Shown here piece by piece: positions 10,076 through 21,873 of a stretch of DNA of 64,000 nucleotides; the stretch's first letter is position 1, and the number at the start of each line of letters is the position of its first letter. This DNA comes from Elsinoe ampelina (lineage: Eukaryota). Where the stretch lies: the NCBI GenBank assembly GCA_010093995.1, contig ML992503.1, forward strand, positions 1,925,328 through 1,989,327, in the 5' to 3' direction. Made by a program: the position numbers and the translations under genes. The notes below the pieces were generated by a model, which worked only from the letters and a program-made list of their open reading frames with translations, was not told the DNA's origin and made no database searches.

Positions 10076-12872
10076 TCAAACCCCGACCCTCCTCTTCGGC
10101 TGGCTCAAAGCGTCCAACCTCGCCCTACTCAGCACACCCTTCTTCTCCTCCTTCCCCTCGCCAGGCTTCTCTTCACTTCCCTCCCTCCCACGCGACGCCT
10201 CCCTTGTCTCTTTGGCTGCACTCCCGTGCCCCTCCTTTGATCCCATCACACCAGCAAACTTCTTCACAGCCCCACCTCCCACCATCTTAGGTCGGTTCCC
10301 GAGGGTCCCCACCCTCTTCCTCTCGACTTCCTTCTTCGCGATACTAGCGCGTGCTTTCTGCGCCGCGGTCCCTTTGGCCCAGATCGGGACGTGGGTTGCG
10401 CTTCTCTCTGCGCCCTTTGGTGCGGTTGTCTGGGTGGGGAGGGAAGGGTAGAGGGACTCTCCTGGAGCGGTCTTGACGCGTTTGGTCGGACGGGGGTCTG
10501 CTTCGAAATCGGCGTCGAGCTTCGCTTTGCCTTTGCCCGTAGCGGCGGGGATGTTGGCGAGGATGTTCGCGTAGGACGAGTCGTTTTCCTTGTCGCTTGA
10601 CACGTTGGCTTGGCTTTTGTCGGCCATGTCGACGTCGGCGTCTTCGTCGTCTTCGGCGTAGGCGCCTGGTGCAGAACGGGTGGGGGCGAAGACGTCGTCT
10701 TCTTCGACGAACTTCCTCTTGCGTTCGATGCCGCCAAGGGCTGTGCCGGGCGAGGGAAGAGCGGGCTCAGCGGAGACATGGCGGATGCTGGGCTTGGGGC
10801 TGTGTTTCTGCGCTGATGGGGAGGGCCCAAAGATGATGCCTTGTCCGACGTCGGCGCGGAAGGTGAAGTCCTTCATGGCCAAGGGGCCGAGGGTCTGGCG
10901 GCGCTTGGTCTCCTTGCTGGGCTTGTCCCGTGGTGGGAGCGAAGGGTAGATGATGTTTCTGCTTGAAGGGACTGGACTCTCGTCGTCAGACTTAGTGGAG
11001 GCGGAGAAGTCGACGTGCTTTGGAACGGGTGCCGTTGCTGGTGGATTGTGAAAGGAGACGCCGCCCCTGTTCGCCGCGGAGCTCATGGTGGGCAGGTCTG
11101 CGAAAGCGTGCGCCTTGACTGTGGGTGGCGTGGCCAAGTGCGTACCGGCCGCAATCTTGTTAGGATCGGTAGAATAGAGGCGCTGAGGAGTACGAAGGAT
11201 TGACTTGATCGGTGACTTGCGAAGAAGCTTGAAGCGATCCATGAGGTTCGAATTCGGTGCGGTACTGGTCGGAAGAGCAGAGAACGGATTACTGTCCATG
11301 GCCGGCTTGGCTGGTGTGCGTGCGAGGAGTGGAATTTTATTCGCAAGACCTTCGTCGTTCGAATCAGAAGCCAGCTCCTTAGGCACGCGCATTGGTGACC
11401 TCGACAACAAAGGCGCCTTGTCCATGGTCGCCTCGGAGTCGCTGTTGTTATGCGCAACAAGACGATCCGCGAACAGAGCTTTGGAAGGCGAACGTGAGAG
11501 AAGTGGACTACCAGGATCAGCACGAGGTGCCTCTTTCTTGGCCGACATGTGGGCGAACTTGGTAGGGGAACGCGCCAGAAGTGAGTTGCCTGCATGCACC
11601 TGGGATGGCGGTGCTTTGGACGCTGACTTGGATGGTGTGCGTGTCAGAGCTGGTATCATGCTCGTCTTGTTGGCTTTCACAGTTGCAGCCCTCGCGAGCG
11701 AAGACTTGGTAGGCGTGGAAAGTCCGGGAAACTTGAGGCTGTTCGATCTGGAAGGAGTGCCGTGGCTTTTCTGCATGACCGATGGTGTTGCCACTTTGAT
11801 GACGGACTGGGCCTGCACCGGTAGCGTTGTCTTTGGCGAGGCCAGCCTGACTCTCTTTGCTGGCGAGCCTCCCTCTTCCGGCGATGGACGCTGGCTAGTC
11901 TTGTCCGGTGTTGGCTGTGTCCTTTGTCGCTCGTGAGATGGGGTGTCTTCAGTGTCTCTCCCGCCTTGCTTGAGTCCAGCTCTTGAGCCAGAACGTTTCA
12001 GCGAAGGATACTGAACCTTACTCTTTCCGCCGCTGTTGGAGTCAGAACCATTGCGACTGTTCGGCCTGACATCCTGCATTCTGTCTCTGCTGCTGGGTCT
12101 GAAGTCTTGGTTCACATCGCGACTGTTCGGTCTCGACACAGAAGCGTGATTGGCGATCGAATCCATCTTCTTGAATTGTGCCATATGAACGTCGCTGAAC
12201 CTGCCGACCTTGCCTTTGGGCTTTGCCTTTCTCCTGTTCTCCAGCGCCTCTTCTTCCTGCTTTTCCTCTTCAATGCGTACCATCTGTTGTTTGATCTTTG
12301 CAGCTTCCTCCCTCTTCTCCGCCATCATCTTGCGCGCTTCATTGCTGAGCTCGAGTGATTGCGCGCGAAAGGTGAATTCAAATGAAGGCTCGGCGTGTTT
12401 GACGTGCTTGGTCGGGGTGTGGGCGGCAGGTGTCCACTTCTCGCTTGCTTTCGGCTTCTCAGTATGTGGACCCATGGCGGAGATGCCGAGCCATCTAGCC
12501 TCGTCGAGTGGTTTCGATGTGCTCTGGTGGAAGTGTTCGGGATGCATCTCCTCAAGTGATGGACGAGGGGCTTTATTCTTTGGAGTGCGCGCCTTGCCAG
12601 CGACGGCATCTGCTATGTGTCTCGCCAGTTTTGTGGGTGTCTCTGAAGGCGAATCGTCCTTTGGAAACGCGCCAGGCATTTCTTCCGACTCGGCGACAGA
12701 AGCCAGCTGCGGCGCGGTCTTTGGTGTGCGCAATTGACCATCCTGGTAGAGGTCGGTGTTCTTTTGGGGCTGAAGATAATTAGTACACGCGACAGAAGCT
12801 GTAAGGGTCGACACTGACCTGCGGCGTAGATGACTTTCGCGCTCGGATGCGAGCCGAAGAACGGCGGGCCAT
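10076..12872 (-). CDS. Conserved fungal basic, S/T-P-rich protein; NuSAP-like motif, probably microtubule-associated
   Basis: ATG 12872 (MARRSSARIRARKSSTPQ), one short intron, then ~900-aa ORF. Motifs RFSDVHMAQFKKMDSI, KEN box, terminal RARLDALSQPKRR. Confidence 0.75.
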
Positions 12873-13335
12873 GATTTAAGAAGAGAAGGTCAAGATGGTC
12901 CGATCGGGGACAATTGAAGAAGTGAAGAATGACTATGACATCTGGCAGAAGCGCAGCATGTCACACGAGAGCACAGGACGAAGCAGAGCAGAGCCTGTCG
13001 AGTCGATACCCTTTGGTTGAGGTTGTGGAAGTGGGACCGATCACGATGGAAGGTCGAGTGAGGTGGAGCTCCGCAAAAACAATCGGCGTCACTCTGTCAA
13101 CAAAAGGCTGCACACTTCGGGCAGAGCCGCACTACGGTGGGCTTTTTCTGCGGGCAGGCAGACTCATCCCACACACACACACGCCGAAATTCACCAGTGC
13201 CAAGTCTTTGATTTCTCGACCTCTAGTCCCAAAAATTAGGATACCTTCAAACCACAAACCACACCTCCATTCATTCACCAACCAGGAAGTCTTCGAGGAT
13301 CATTCGACCAGAATAGCAACAGAACCGCATTCAAG

Positions 13336-14050
13336 ATGGTACGTCGGCAATTCCAGTCCAACACCCGCCCCTCGGATAGTATCTCATGAAGAGCACTCGA
13401 AGCATCCGATCGAGCACACAGAAAGAGTCGGAAAATCAGCATTGCCAACCACACACCCCTCCCTCCACCCCAAATCCATCCTCCACCCCTCTAGAACCAC
13501 AAGTACTAACCCTCCCCCCCCCACAGTCGGATGTAGAAGACTCCACCGCCCCCGCCGAGGTCGACGCCGGCGAAGTCGAAGTCCCCACCACCAGCGGCAG
13601 CGGCAGCATGTCCGTCCTCGACGCGCTCAAGGGCGTGCTCAAGATCGCGCTCATCCACGACGGTCTCGCGCGCGGACTGCGCGAGGCCTCCAAGGCCCTC
13701 GACCGCCGCCAGGCGCACATGTGTGTCCTCAACGAGGCCTGCGAGGAGGAGGCGTACAAGAAGCTCGTCGTGGCGCTGTGCGGGGAGCACAAGATCCCGC
13801 TCATCAAGGTGCCTGATGGGAAGCAGTTGGGGGAGTGGGCTGGGTTGTGTAAGTTCCTTTTTTTCCACCCGCGAGCGTGGTGGCCCTGGGTAGGGGTGAG
13901 GGGTATAGTGCTGATGATCAACCAGGCCAGATCGATCGTGAGGGTAACGCCCGCAAGGTCGTCAACTGCTCTTGCGTCGTGGTTAAGGACTGGGGTGAGG
14001 AGAGCCAGGAGCGTAGCGTGCTGCTTAACTACTTCCAGACCGAGCAGTAG
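13336..14050 (+). CDS. RPS12: 40S ribosomal protein S12 (eS12), 3 exons
   Basis: ATG-only exon 1; introns 13339-13526 and 13849-13925; [28 protein letters not shown]...[36 protein letters not shown]. Confidence 0.97.
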
Positions 14051-14599
14051 AGGAAGGGAAGCGAGTGCGTGTTGGCTTCTTGTTGATACCATGTGCGCGC
14101 GTGGTTGAGAGGGCATGACGGATGAAAGACAAAAAAGGGCATAGATCGATGGAGCAGTCTTGGACGCTCCTGATGGAAATCCTGTGCGACAGAGAGAATG
14201 CATGCATCTTCTCATCTTGCTCTTGCACAGTGCATGTCTGTGCTGATTACGTCTGTGGTTACTCCTTAATACGCCTTGTTACTGACATCCGATCTCGGTC
14301 TCGCGAGTTACAATGCAAGCATCCCTCATGCATCGTCACTGTGGGCAGAGTGGGAAAAGGTCTCATTATCTTCGTACACGCTCGTAGAAAATGCCTGCGC
14401 CATGCCGCTAATATGCCCTCAGGCTCCGCACTCAATGCAATGCCCACGGATCCATCTCGCCTCTGGGACCTCACCTGCTTGTCCACCACCTCATCCAGAC
14501 ACCCTCTTCCTTCGACACTCCCCTCGTCTCCCGCCTCCCCTCTCCTTCCCTTTTCTTCCCCTTCTTCCCCTCATCATCAGTAGAACTCCGCCCCCTCAA

Positions 14600-17355
14600 C
14601 TAAGCAAACTCCCATCCCCCCCTCACCCCCCTCCCCTCCGCCGTCAACCTCAAACACTGATACGGACTCGTCCCCGGATCCCAATACAACCCCATCAACT
14701 CCCCCGTCTCCCTACACAAACTGACGTAATAAAACCCACTGATCGTCAACCCATGCCCTGTGTCCGTGTCATCACCTTCGCCCAGCACGATTGTCGTCAC
14801 GGGTCGCGAGCGGGCTTGTTCCCTTGCTCGTTGTGCGGCGCGTTCGGTGTCGGCAGCCCGGGCGCGGGAGAGTTCTTGAGGGATGTTGATCGTGCCCGGG
14901 GCGGCCGTGGAGGGCACGGGGGGTCCGTGGGATTGTGTGCCGGGCTGGGTGGATGTGTGCGCTTCGTATTGGGCGGCTGCGTTGGCGAGGATTTGGCGGC
15001 GGCGGGTGTGAACGTCGGCTCGTGGTGGCATTGCCTGGTGAGGAGTGGCGACGTGGGCGATTATGGTAGGGCCTGGGCCGGGTGCGGTAGATGGTGGCGC
15101 CGGGAGGTCAGGTGTGGTTGTGGCAGGTGCGGGTGCCGGTGGTAGTGATGGTGGTGGGAATGGTGGATCTTGTTGCGATGGACGAGGGAATCGGGGAATA
15201 GGTTGAGAGAAGCTGGATTCGGTCACGTAGCGAGAGGAGGAGAGATTGGGATTAGGTGACAAGGAATTCTGTGAGGACGCTTCCTGCCGACGAGAGCGGC
15301 TTGGGTCCGGCGATCCTGTCGTTGCTGGCTGTGAAGTCAGTTGAGCAGCGACACTCGTTCGTCGTACTTGAGGACTGATAGGACAGCGGTCGTCTTTTCG
15401 ATGTACAAAGCAGCGCTCTTTCCATCGCATGAAGATGTACTTTTCATTAACATCCGCCATTCGGTCGTGCGATAGCAATATTCGGGCAACCTCGTCATCG
15501 TCCTTCTCATCCGAGAAAGGGGGTAGACGACGCCAATTTGCGGCATCGACTTGAGCAGTCGTCTGCGGGAAGTTGATCTTCATCGATGGCGATGCGACTG
15601 ATGTGTTATGACCCCATGGTCTCCGCTCCTTCTCTGGAGACGCTGGTGTCAAGAAAGAGTGCGTACGAAGATCAATGATCTGACCTTCGAGAAACGTGGT
15701 GATCGGTGTGTCCTTTTTCTCACCACTGTTTTCGCCTTGACTTGGCACATCGTAAGCCTCCATGGTCCCAGCCAGGGTCATCTTCTCTTCATCAACCAGA
15801 TGCAGTACAACTTTTACAGGCCAATGTTCCACAGGCTGACTAGACGAACGCATTCGAGCGTTGGAGCCATTCGTAGCAACATTGCCGGCTTGACCATGAA
15901 GTGGTCTGGTTACATCCAAGGGATGCACAGTAGCTGGCATATATGGTTGATATACATCACGCCCTGTGGCAGACTGAAAGGTAGTGTGCTGACTCCCGGA
16001 ATATCGTACACCTGATTGTAACCAAGAAGAGTGAAATGGCGGCCTACATTTACCTACATCCATGAGAAAGTCGTCATGCTTGTCTGCAAAGAACTCCTTG
16101 TTTGCAAAGCCGTTGTCAATGGCTGCGGACAGAGCATCATCATAAGTTGTGCACTGCCGTATTCGATCCAGATACTTTACAGCATTCTCCAGAAATGGCG
16201 AGACTTGGGTCTGGTTTGATTTTGACGTGTTATGTCGCGGCGTTGACTGAGTGATGTAGTTTCTTCTGTAGCGGTCCAGGCTTGGTTCAGGTCCCCACAG
16301 GTCTGGTGGCTGAAGAGTATCAATCTCACGAAGCGGTGGCGCGTCAGTCATTGCGGTATCTCCATCCGCTTCATTGTAGTCCATGCCTCTTGCCAATCGG
16401 GTCCACCGAGACAGTAGACTCGAGTCGTGCGTAGTTTGGCTCTCGTGTTCGTTGCCTCCAAGTTGTTCTCGCTGCTGAATATATCTCAGCATTCGCTCAG
16501 TGGTGGTTGCACTCGTCCTAGCGTGCTGCATGATGGCCGTCGAACGCAGATCGTCAGAGTGCCGTTCCGAATTCTCCAGTCGTCGCTGTGTCAGCTGCAA
16601 GCGTCGTTCCAAGTTCTGCACTTCTTGCTCAGCCCTCTGCAGACCGCTCAGAATCTGGGAACTTGTTTGAGTGTCCCTAATCCTGTTCCTAGCCACAGCC
16701 TCAATGTCGCGCTCGCGATCCAATCGTGATCTCGCCATGATGTTGGCCACCTCGGGCGCCAAGGAGGGATTCTGTCGGCGCAGGTCCTCGATAATTTCGC
16801 GAAGGTCGGCGACTTCGTCCACTACACTGCGTGCAGTATCCGCAGTACTTGTCCGTCTCGTCTCCTCCTGCCGCGGCTGTGTTGTACCTCCCCTTGGCCG
16901 GCCAGACTCGTCGAAGCGGGTTAGCCTTGAGAGAACTCTCATCATTCTGTCTCTTTGCGGTCGATCATGCCTCCCTTGAGTCTCGGTCTGGTCGCCATTG
17001 CTCGTCCGAGTGGAGGGTGTCAATTGGTCCAGCTGACGTGCCAGGCGTCTGTGTCTCGAATTGTCACCGTACTCGGTCTGTGTTGTGGCGCTCGTAGTCG
17101 GTGGTTCAAGAGGTTCGACCGGCGTCCGTAGAAAGCGTAGGTTCTCGTCATGAGCATTGGCTTCTGCTTGTGTCACCAGTGTCGAAGCGAGATCTGGCAC
17201 GGGCGAAGACAAATAGGACAAAGGAGTGAGAGGTCGTGTTTGCGCATGTTGCACACCTTCGGGGTGCGGCTGTGACTTGTCAGCGACTTGATCAGGTCAA
17301 ATCAACGGCTTGACGGTGTACGTACATTATTTGAAGGACTGTTGTTGGGTGGCAT
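14600..17355 (-). CDS. Gid4/Vid24-family (vacuolar import and degradation domain) protein with long N-terminal extension
   Basis: WPVKVVLHLVD, GTMEAYDVP, ITTFLEGQIID, WRRLPPF, YIFMRWKERCFV, GLTISGFYYVSL, GLYWDPGTSPYQ are Vac_ImportDeg barrel motifs. Short first exon MPPNNSPSNN then a GTACGT intron. Confidence 0.85.
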
Positions 17356-18733
17356 GGCGCTGCCTGGGGAGCGGAGAGTCCTACAGATTACCCTCTAGCG
17401 TCTGCATCGGGGTGAACAGGACGATTGTAGGCGGATCGTGAGCCTCAGGATCAGGGACTGTGAAAAGCAGTTTTTGACAGGTGAAGTTTGATCGTAGGGT
17501 GAGAAGATGGGGACGATGACATGTGGGAGCCCTGGAGAGACTGACGTCTGGGCGCCAAAGCGGGACGGGATTCATCGAGTGTCCCACTTTGTTGCGCTGG
17601 TCCGGAAGAAAGCCCCCTGTTTATTCCTTCAGCCACGTTGACCATACTGTAGCTGCATCTAAGGCGTCATTCTTCATCTTTTCAGGTCGGACAATCAACA
17701 AGTCACGTCTAAGTAGGCAAATGAGTTGACAAATGGAGCGACACAAAGAGTCTGATTATTGTTTAGACTAAGAGAGAGTGCCGACCAGCATCCTAACATG
17801 GCTCTACACCGGGCAGAGCATGCTTGTTCAGTCCAGCTGATCTGGGCAGATGATTACCCGAGACAAATCGCTCCAGAAAGCAGCATTTGACAATTAACTA
17901 CCAGAAAATCTTCTACCATCTCTTGAGCATTTCCTGCTTGCATCCCAATATCTCTGTCTGGCAGAGCACATTGTTCAGCGACCATGATCCAGAATCGATC
18001 CAATCCATGGCTTGCTGTCGTGCTGAAGAGACACTTCGGATGATTCAGTGGTGAATGTCAAATACCGCCAATCCGAGCTGTTGATTACACATTGGGACCA
18101 GCCCCATGGGACGCCAGACAGCATCTATTGCGGACAGCCAGTGCCTCGCATAGCTGAATGCCAGAACCTTTCCAGCAACCATACTGTGGCGCGTACTGAG
18201 TTCAGGCGAAGCGGACCCGGAAGAGTGAGAGCACCAGGCTCCCGTTGAAGTCTATTGCTGAGAGGTCACCAGACAAGTGAATGCCTGGGAGGGTCATCTG
18301 GCAGAGGCCGCGAGGCCAAAGGCATCCAAGCTCTTGTTATGTGATGATGTTATTGTATTTTCATGATTCATGCATCGTAGACTTCCAGAGCGTAAATGCA
18401 TCATTCATGATAATGAGAGTATTGCCGTCCATCCTGGGTTGCGGCCGTGAACAGATGTATTGGTGGGAAAAGACCGTAATCGCAATGTGACAAAGGGAAG
18501 AATGCTGAGATGGAGAAAATAGCCGAGAATCGCTTGCTGAAATATGCAAAACGCCGTCCAAAGTGCCTGAATGCCTTTATGATGTACAGAGGGTATCGAT
18601 CGGATGCAAGTTGTTGATGTAGAGTACACTGCCCATCGTGGGACATCTCAAACATGTGCACTTGTTGAGAGCCCGAACCGGGTAAACGCCCTGATGGTCT
18701 GATGGGGTCAAGAATCGTGGTTTCCTGTTCCGG

Positions 18734-19810
18734 CTACATGGTTGCAGCGTACTGGGGAGCCCAAGTATTCAAGTCCCATCCCATGACGCTGAAGTCGTTG
18801 AATCCCATGTTGGAGCCGCAACTTTGTGGAAGCTGACTCGGGAATGGATATTCAGACACAAGCGGCATGGGCTCCGGTGAACTGTACACGGAGCTGTCGC
18901 AGGACGAGTAATCGTTCTGGGTGAGCGATGGGGTTGGTGACTGTTGATGCAGAGATTCCATGACTGGCTCGACGGAGACCGATGGCCACCACTGCGAATG
19001 AGGGTCGCTGCAGTTGGTCATGCTCGGACTGGGTGACGAGGTCAGCATTGGTTGCCAGGAATCATTTGGCATCGACATCGACTGGGCGGGAAGGTATGTC
19101 GCCTGCTGCCACCAGGTATTGGGTGCTTGCTGGGCGACATAAGAAGGAGCAGGGATGACGACGTCGACGATTGTGGGTGGCGGTGGGAGCAGCGGCGCAA
19201 AGAGGTTCATGATGGCCCTCTTTACGTCCTCTGCTCTGCCGTCCAGAAGCTCGCCGGCACCTTCCTCCTCGAGTCCCTCCAAGGCATGAACATTCGTCCT
19301 AAAGACGAAGCGGTTGGTAGCCTGGACGAACTCTTCCTGCATCTTCTTGACTTGAGCGTCCTTCTCTGGCCAGCTAAAGAGGCTGTCGGCGGCGTCGACC
19401 GAGTAGACGTCGCGGTGGTACTCGACAAGCGCATCGATGGACTCCTTGGTCAACTTGTAGGCGACCTCGTTCTGCGAGACCATGTCGACATGTACAATGT
19501 AAGCCTGAACATGAAGCATGTTGTAATTAGAAATGGCTTCGACGAGTGGGTTGTCGTCCTTGCGCAATTCGGTCTCAGGCGCCTTGGGGAGCAGTAATGA
19601 TGTGAGAGTCCAGATGGCATTCTCGCCCCCCAAGAGCTCGTTCAGACAACGTTCATGTTGCTTTGGGTTGTGGAGCACCCTTTTGGCTTTGAGACAGCGC
19701 TTGATGGATTGTGTGAGCCATGGTTCGATCTTTCCTGTGCCCAGCACGATATTTGGAGCGGCGCGAGGTGCAAAGGCAGCCGCCGAGGCTGGTAGTAATT
19801 GGAGAGGCAT
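18734..19810 (-). CDS. Conserved hypothetical filamentous-fungal protein
   Basis: 358-aa ORF with strong codon bias; ordered N-half (IEPWLTQSIKR...AYIVHVDMV...LEEEGAGELL) and S/P/Q-rich tail. Confidence 0.8.
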   Translation of the reverse strand: MPLQLLPASAAAFAPRAAPNIVLGTGKIEPWLTQSIKRCLKAKRVLHNPKQHERCLNELLGGENAIWTLTSLLLPKAPETELRKDDNPLVEAISNYNMLHVQAYIVHVDMVSQNEVAYKLTKESIDALVEYHRDVYSVDAADSLFSWPEKDAQVKKMQEEFVQATNRFVFRTNVHALEGLEEEGAGELLDGRAEDVKRAIMNLFAPLLPPPPTIVDVVIPAPSYVAQQAPNTWWQQATYLPAQSMSMPNDSWQPMLTSSPSPSMTNCSDPHSQWWPSVSVEPVMESLHQQSPTPSLTQNDYSSCDSSVYSSPEPMPLVSEYPFPSQLPQSCGSNMGFNDFSVMGWDLNTWAPQYAATM

Positions 19811-20583
19811 GTCAGATTGGAAATTATAGGCGGATGATTATTCGGCTATTTGCGGAAGAAGTGAATGAAAGTGGCAATGGAGAACAGATTGGCGGGGTGG
19901 AAAAGCGGTGGATTATTGTCGCGTGGAGAAGGTAAGAGTGTCGGACAGGTTAGCGGTTCGTAGAAGGGAAGACGGTCGTGGTGGATGGCGAGGAGAGGGC
20001 GAGGTAGTGAGATGGGTGGTGGAGGATGGAGGTGGGAAAGAACTCATATAGAGGAAGAGCGGGATGAGCTTTTGGGGGCGAGCACGGCGAGTTGGAAGGG
20101 TGCAGAATGCAGACGCTTGTGCTTGGCTGCCATAACTAGCCATAGTTGGCCATAGCCACAGACTCACGCTACTCATGCAGCTAAACATGCACAACGAACA
20201 TCGTCGCGTCCACATTCACGCCCGGCGCGCCTTTGTCCGGCTCACAGGGTTCGTGTAGTACGTGCGGTCGTGTGCGCCGTGTACGGTACCGTGTCGCTGC
20301 ATGTCATACTTCTGTAGCGCCTGCGGTAGTCATCCAGGACGAAACACTGTCGAGGGTAGGATTTCTTTGTTTCCAGTGACTACATCAATAGGACCAGGTT
20401 GGACCCGATAGGCGCCCGTCGCAGGCAATTGTCTCAACCCCAGGAAGAGTCTGAGCACCGACTCGAGTATTCCTGGAAGTGGTCACGGGCGCCTGCCTGC
20501 TGGATCATGAGGTCTCTTGGTCTCTGCGGACAACGGCAGGACAAAGAGCGCAACCCTTCACCGCCGGGGCCCGTTGTGCCTCG

Positions 20584-20603
20584 CGCATCGCATCGCATCG
20601 CAT
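20584..20603 (+). repeat. (CGCAT)4 microsatellite in intergenic region
   Basis: Four exact CGCAT units, followed by degenerate copies. Confidence 0.8.
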
Positions 20604-21873
20604 TGCAGCGCATTCAGCGCTTGCCCATCATGATCATCTCACGGCTTGCGATCAGATTGCGGACGATGTGACCCTCACACGGACGTGTACTAGTTCGGAG
20701 GCCCCGTCAGACCTTGAGATCGACGTTGGGTGGCCCCACGGATGCACATGTACGGCGTGGTCGAGAGTGCCGTGGATGTCTGCCACGATGCGGCTCCCGA
20801 GCAGGATGACCGTGGTTCGGGAACGGCAGGGCTTGAGAGAACAGAGTCCGAGCTGTCTCTGAATGGCGTGTGACCGGCGCAAAAGAGGATTCTGCGGACA
20901 GAGAGCAAAGACAAGCGATGGTTGGATGTGGCGTATCGACCTTGCTTTACTAGCTTATCTGGCTACAACCAATCGGCGTCGCCATGCAGCTACGCACAGC
21001 ATTTCAATCAAGTCGCTTGGATGGTCATGCCGTCTTTGCTTGCAAGGATGTGAGTCTATTCACCTCAAGCTCCATCGAGTGGATCTGACAGCGCCTGTTG
21101 AAGTCGATGGGCCTGTTCGCACATGTTTCAAGTTTTGGGCATGTGTTTTCATTCACGCTGCTTTGTTTCAAGACGCCAGAGCAAGACGTGCAACGACGTG
21201 TGTCAAGGCGCGCACAGGACACGTTCCCAGGCGGCTCTGTTCATGACACGGCATGACATGATTTTGGAGAAATTCGAGGCTGTGCTTTCGGGGAAATTCG
21301 ATCACCCCTTGCCCAGATCTACGCTTAGTGAGGGCAAACCCCTTGCGCCGCACGGAGACTCCGGTAGGCAAAATTGACAGCATACGGAGTAATGCCATGG
21401 CACAGCTCTGTGATTGCTATTCTCAGCTCTTCCTCCTTTTGATGATGATCTGCCAGCGAGCAGGAAGTGGCGGATCGCGGTCTCTCTCTAGTTCAATGAG
21501 ATCGGATCTCTGCAGGCATGTGAAAGCTGCCTGTCGTGCTGGACCTGCTAGTCAACCTGGACTGCTCATTCAGAATTGCCAACTGCTGCCCTCTCGACCA
21601 AACCTCTGGACGAGCTCACAACGCAGGACGGCGTCTTCCCCGCAACAAGCCATTTGTCAGACACACAAGCTAGACATGGACGGTAGAAGTAAGAGCCGCT
21701 TCTTCCCGTCCAGCTAAGGTAGGTCGCCGACCAGACTGCCATCGCCGCCGGCTTGGCGGCACCTCTTCAAGTACAGTACCACAGTAAGTCAATTGGAGCT
21801 CATCTTTAATAATTGTTCGTGACGTTACCCGTGATACATTGCTCAAGTGGTCCATCCAGCAGTACCCGCATCG

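Noticed and set aside
13339..13526. Possible intronic snoRNA in RPS12 intron 1 (STM1 introns also checked)
   Set aside because: No convincing C/D box pair with terminal stem or H/ACA structure by eye; an Infernal/Rfam scan would settle it.
18401..18733. About 110 open codons in frame after the TAG of the 18734-19810 gene
   Set aside because: The sequence looks like 3' UTR and lacks the gene's codon bias. It shows that open frames after stops can arise by chance here, a caution for the arrestin finding.
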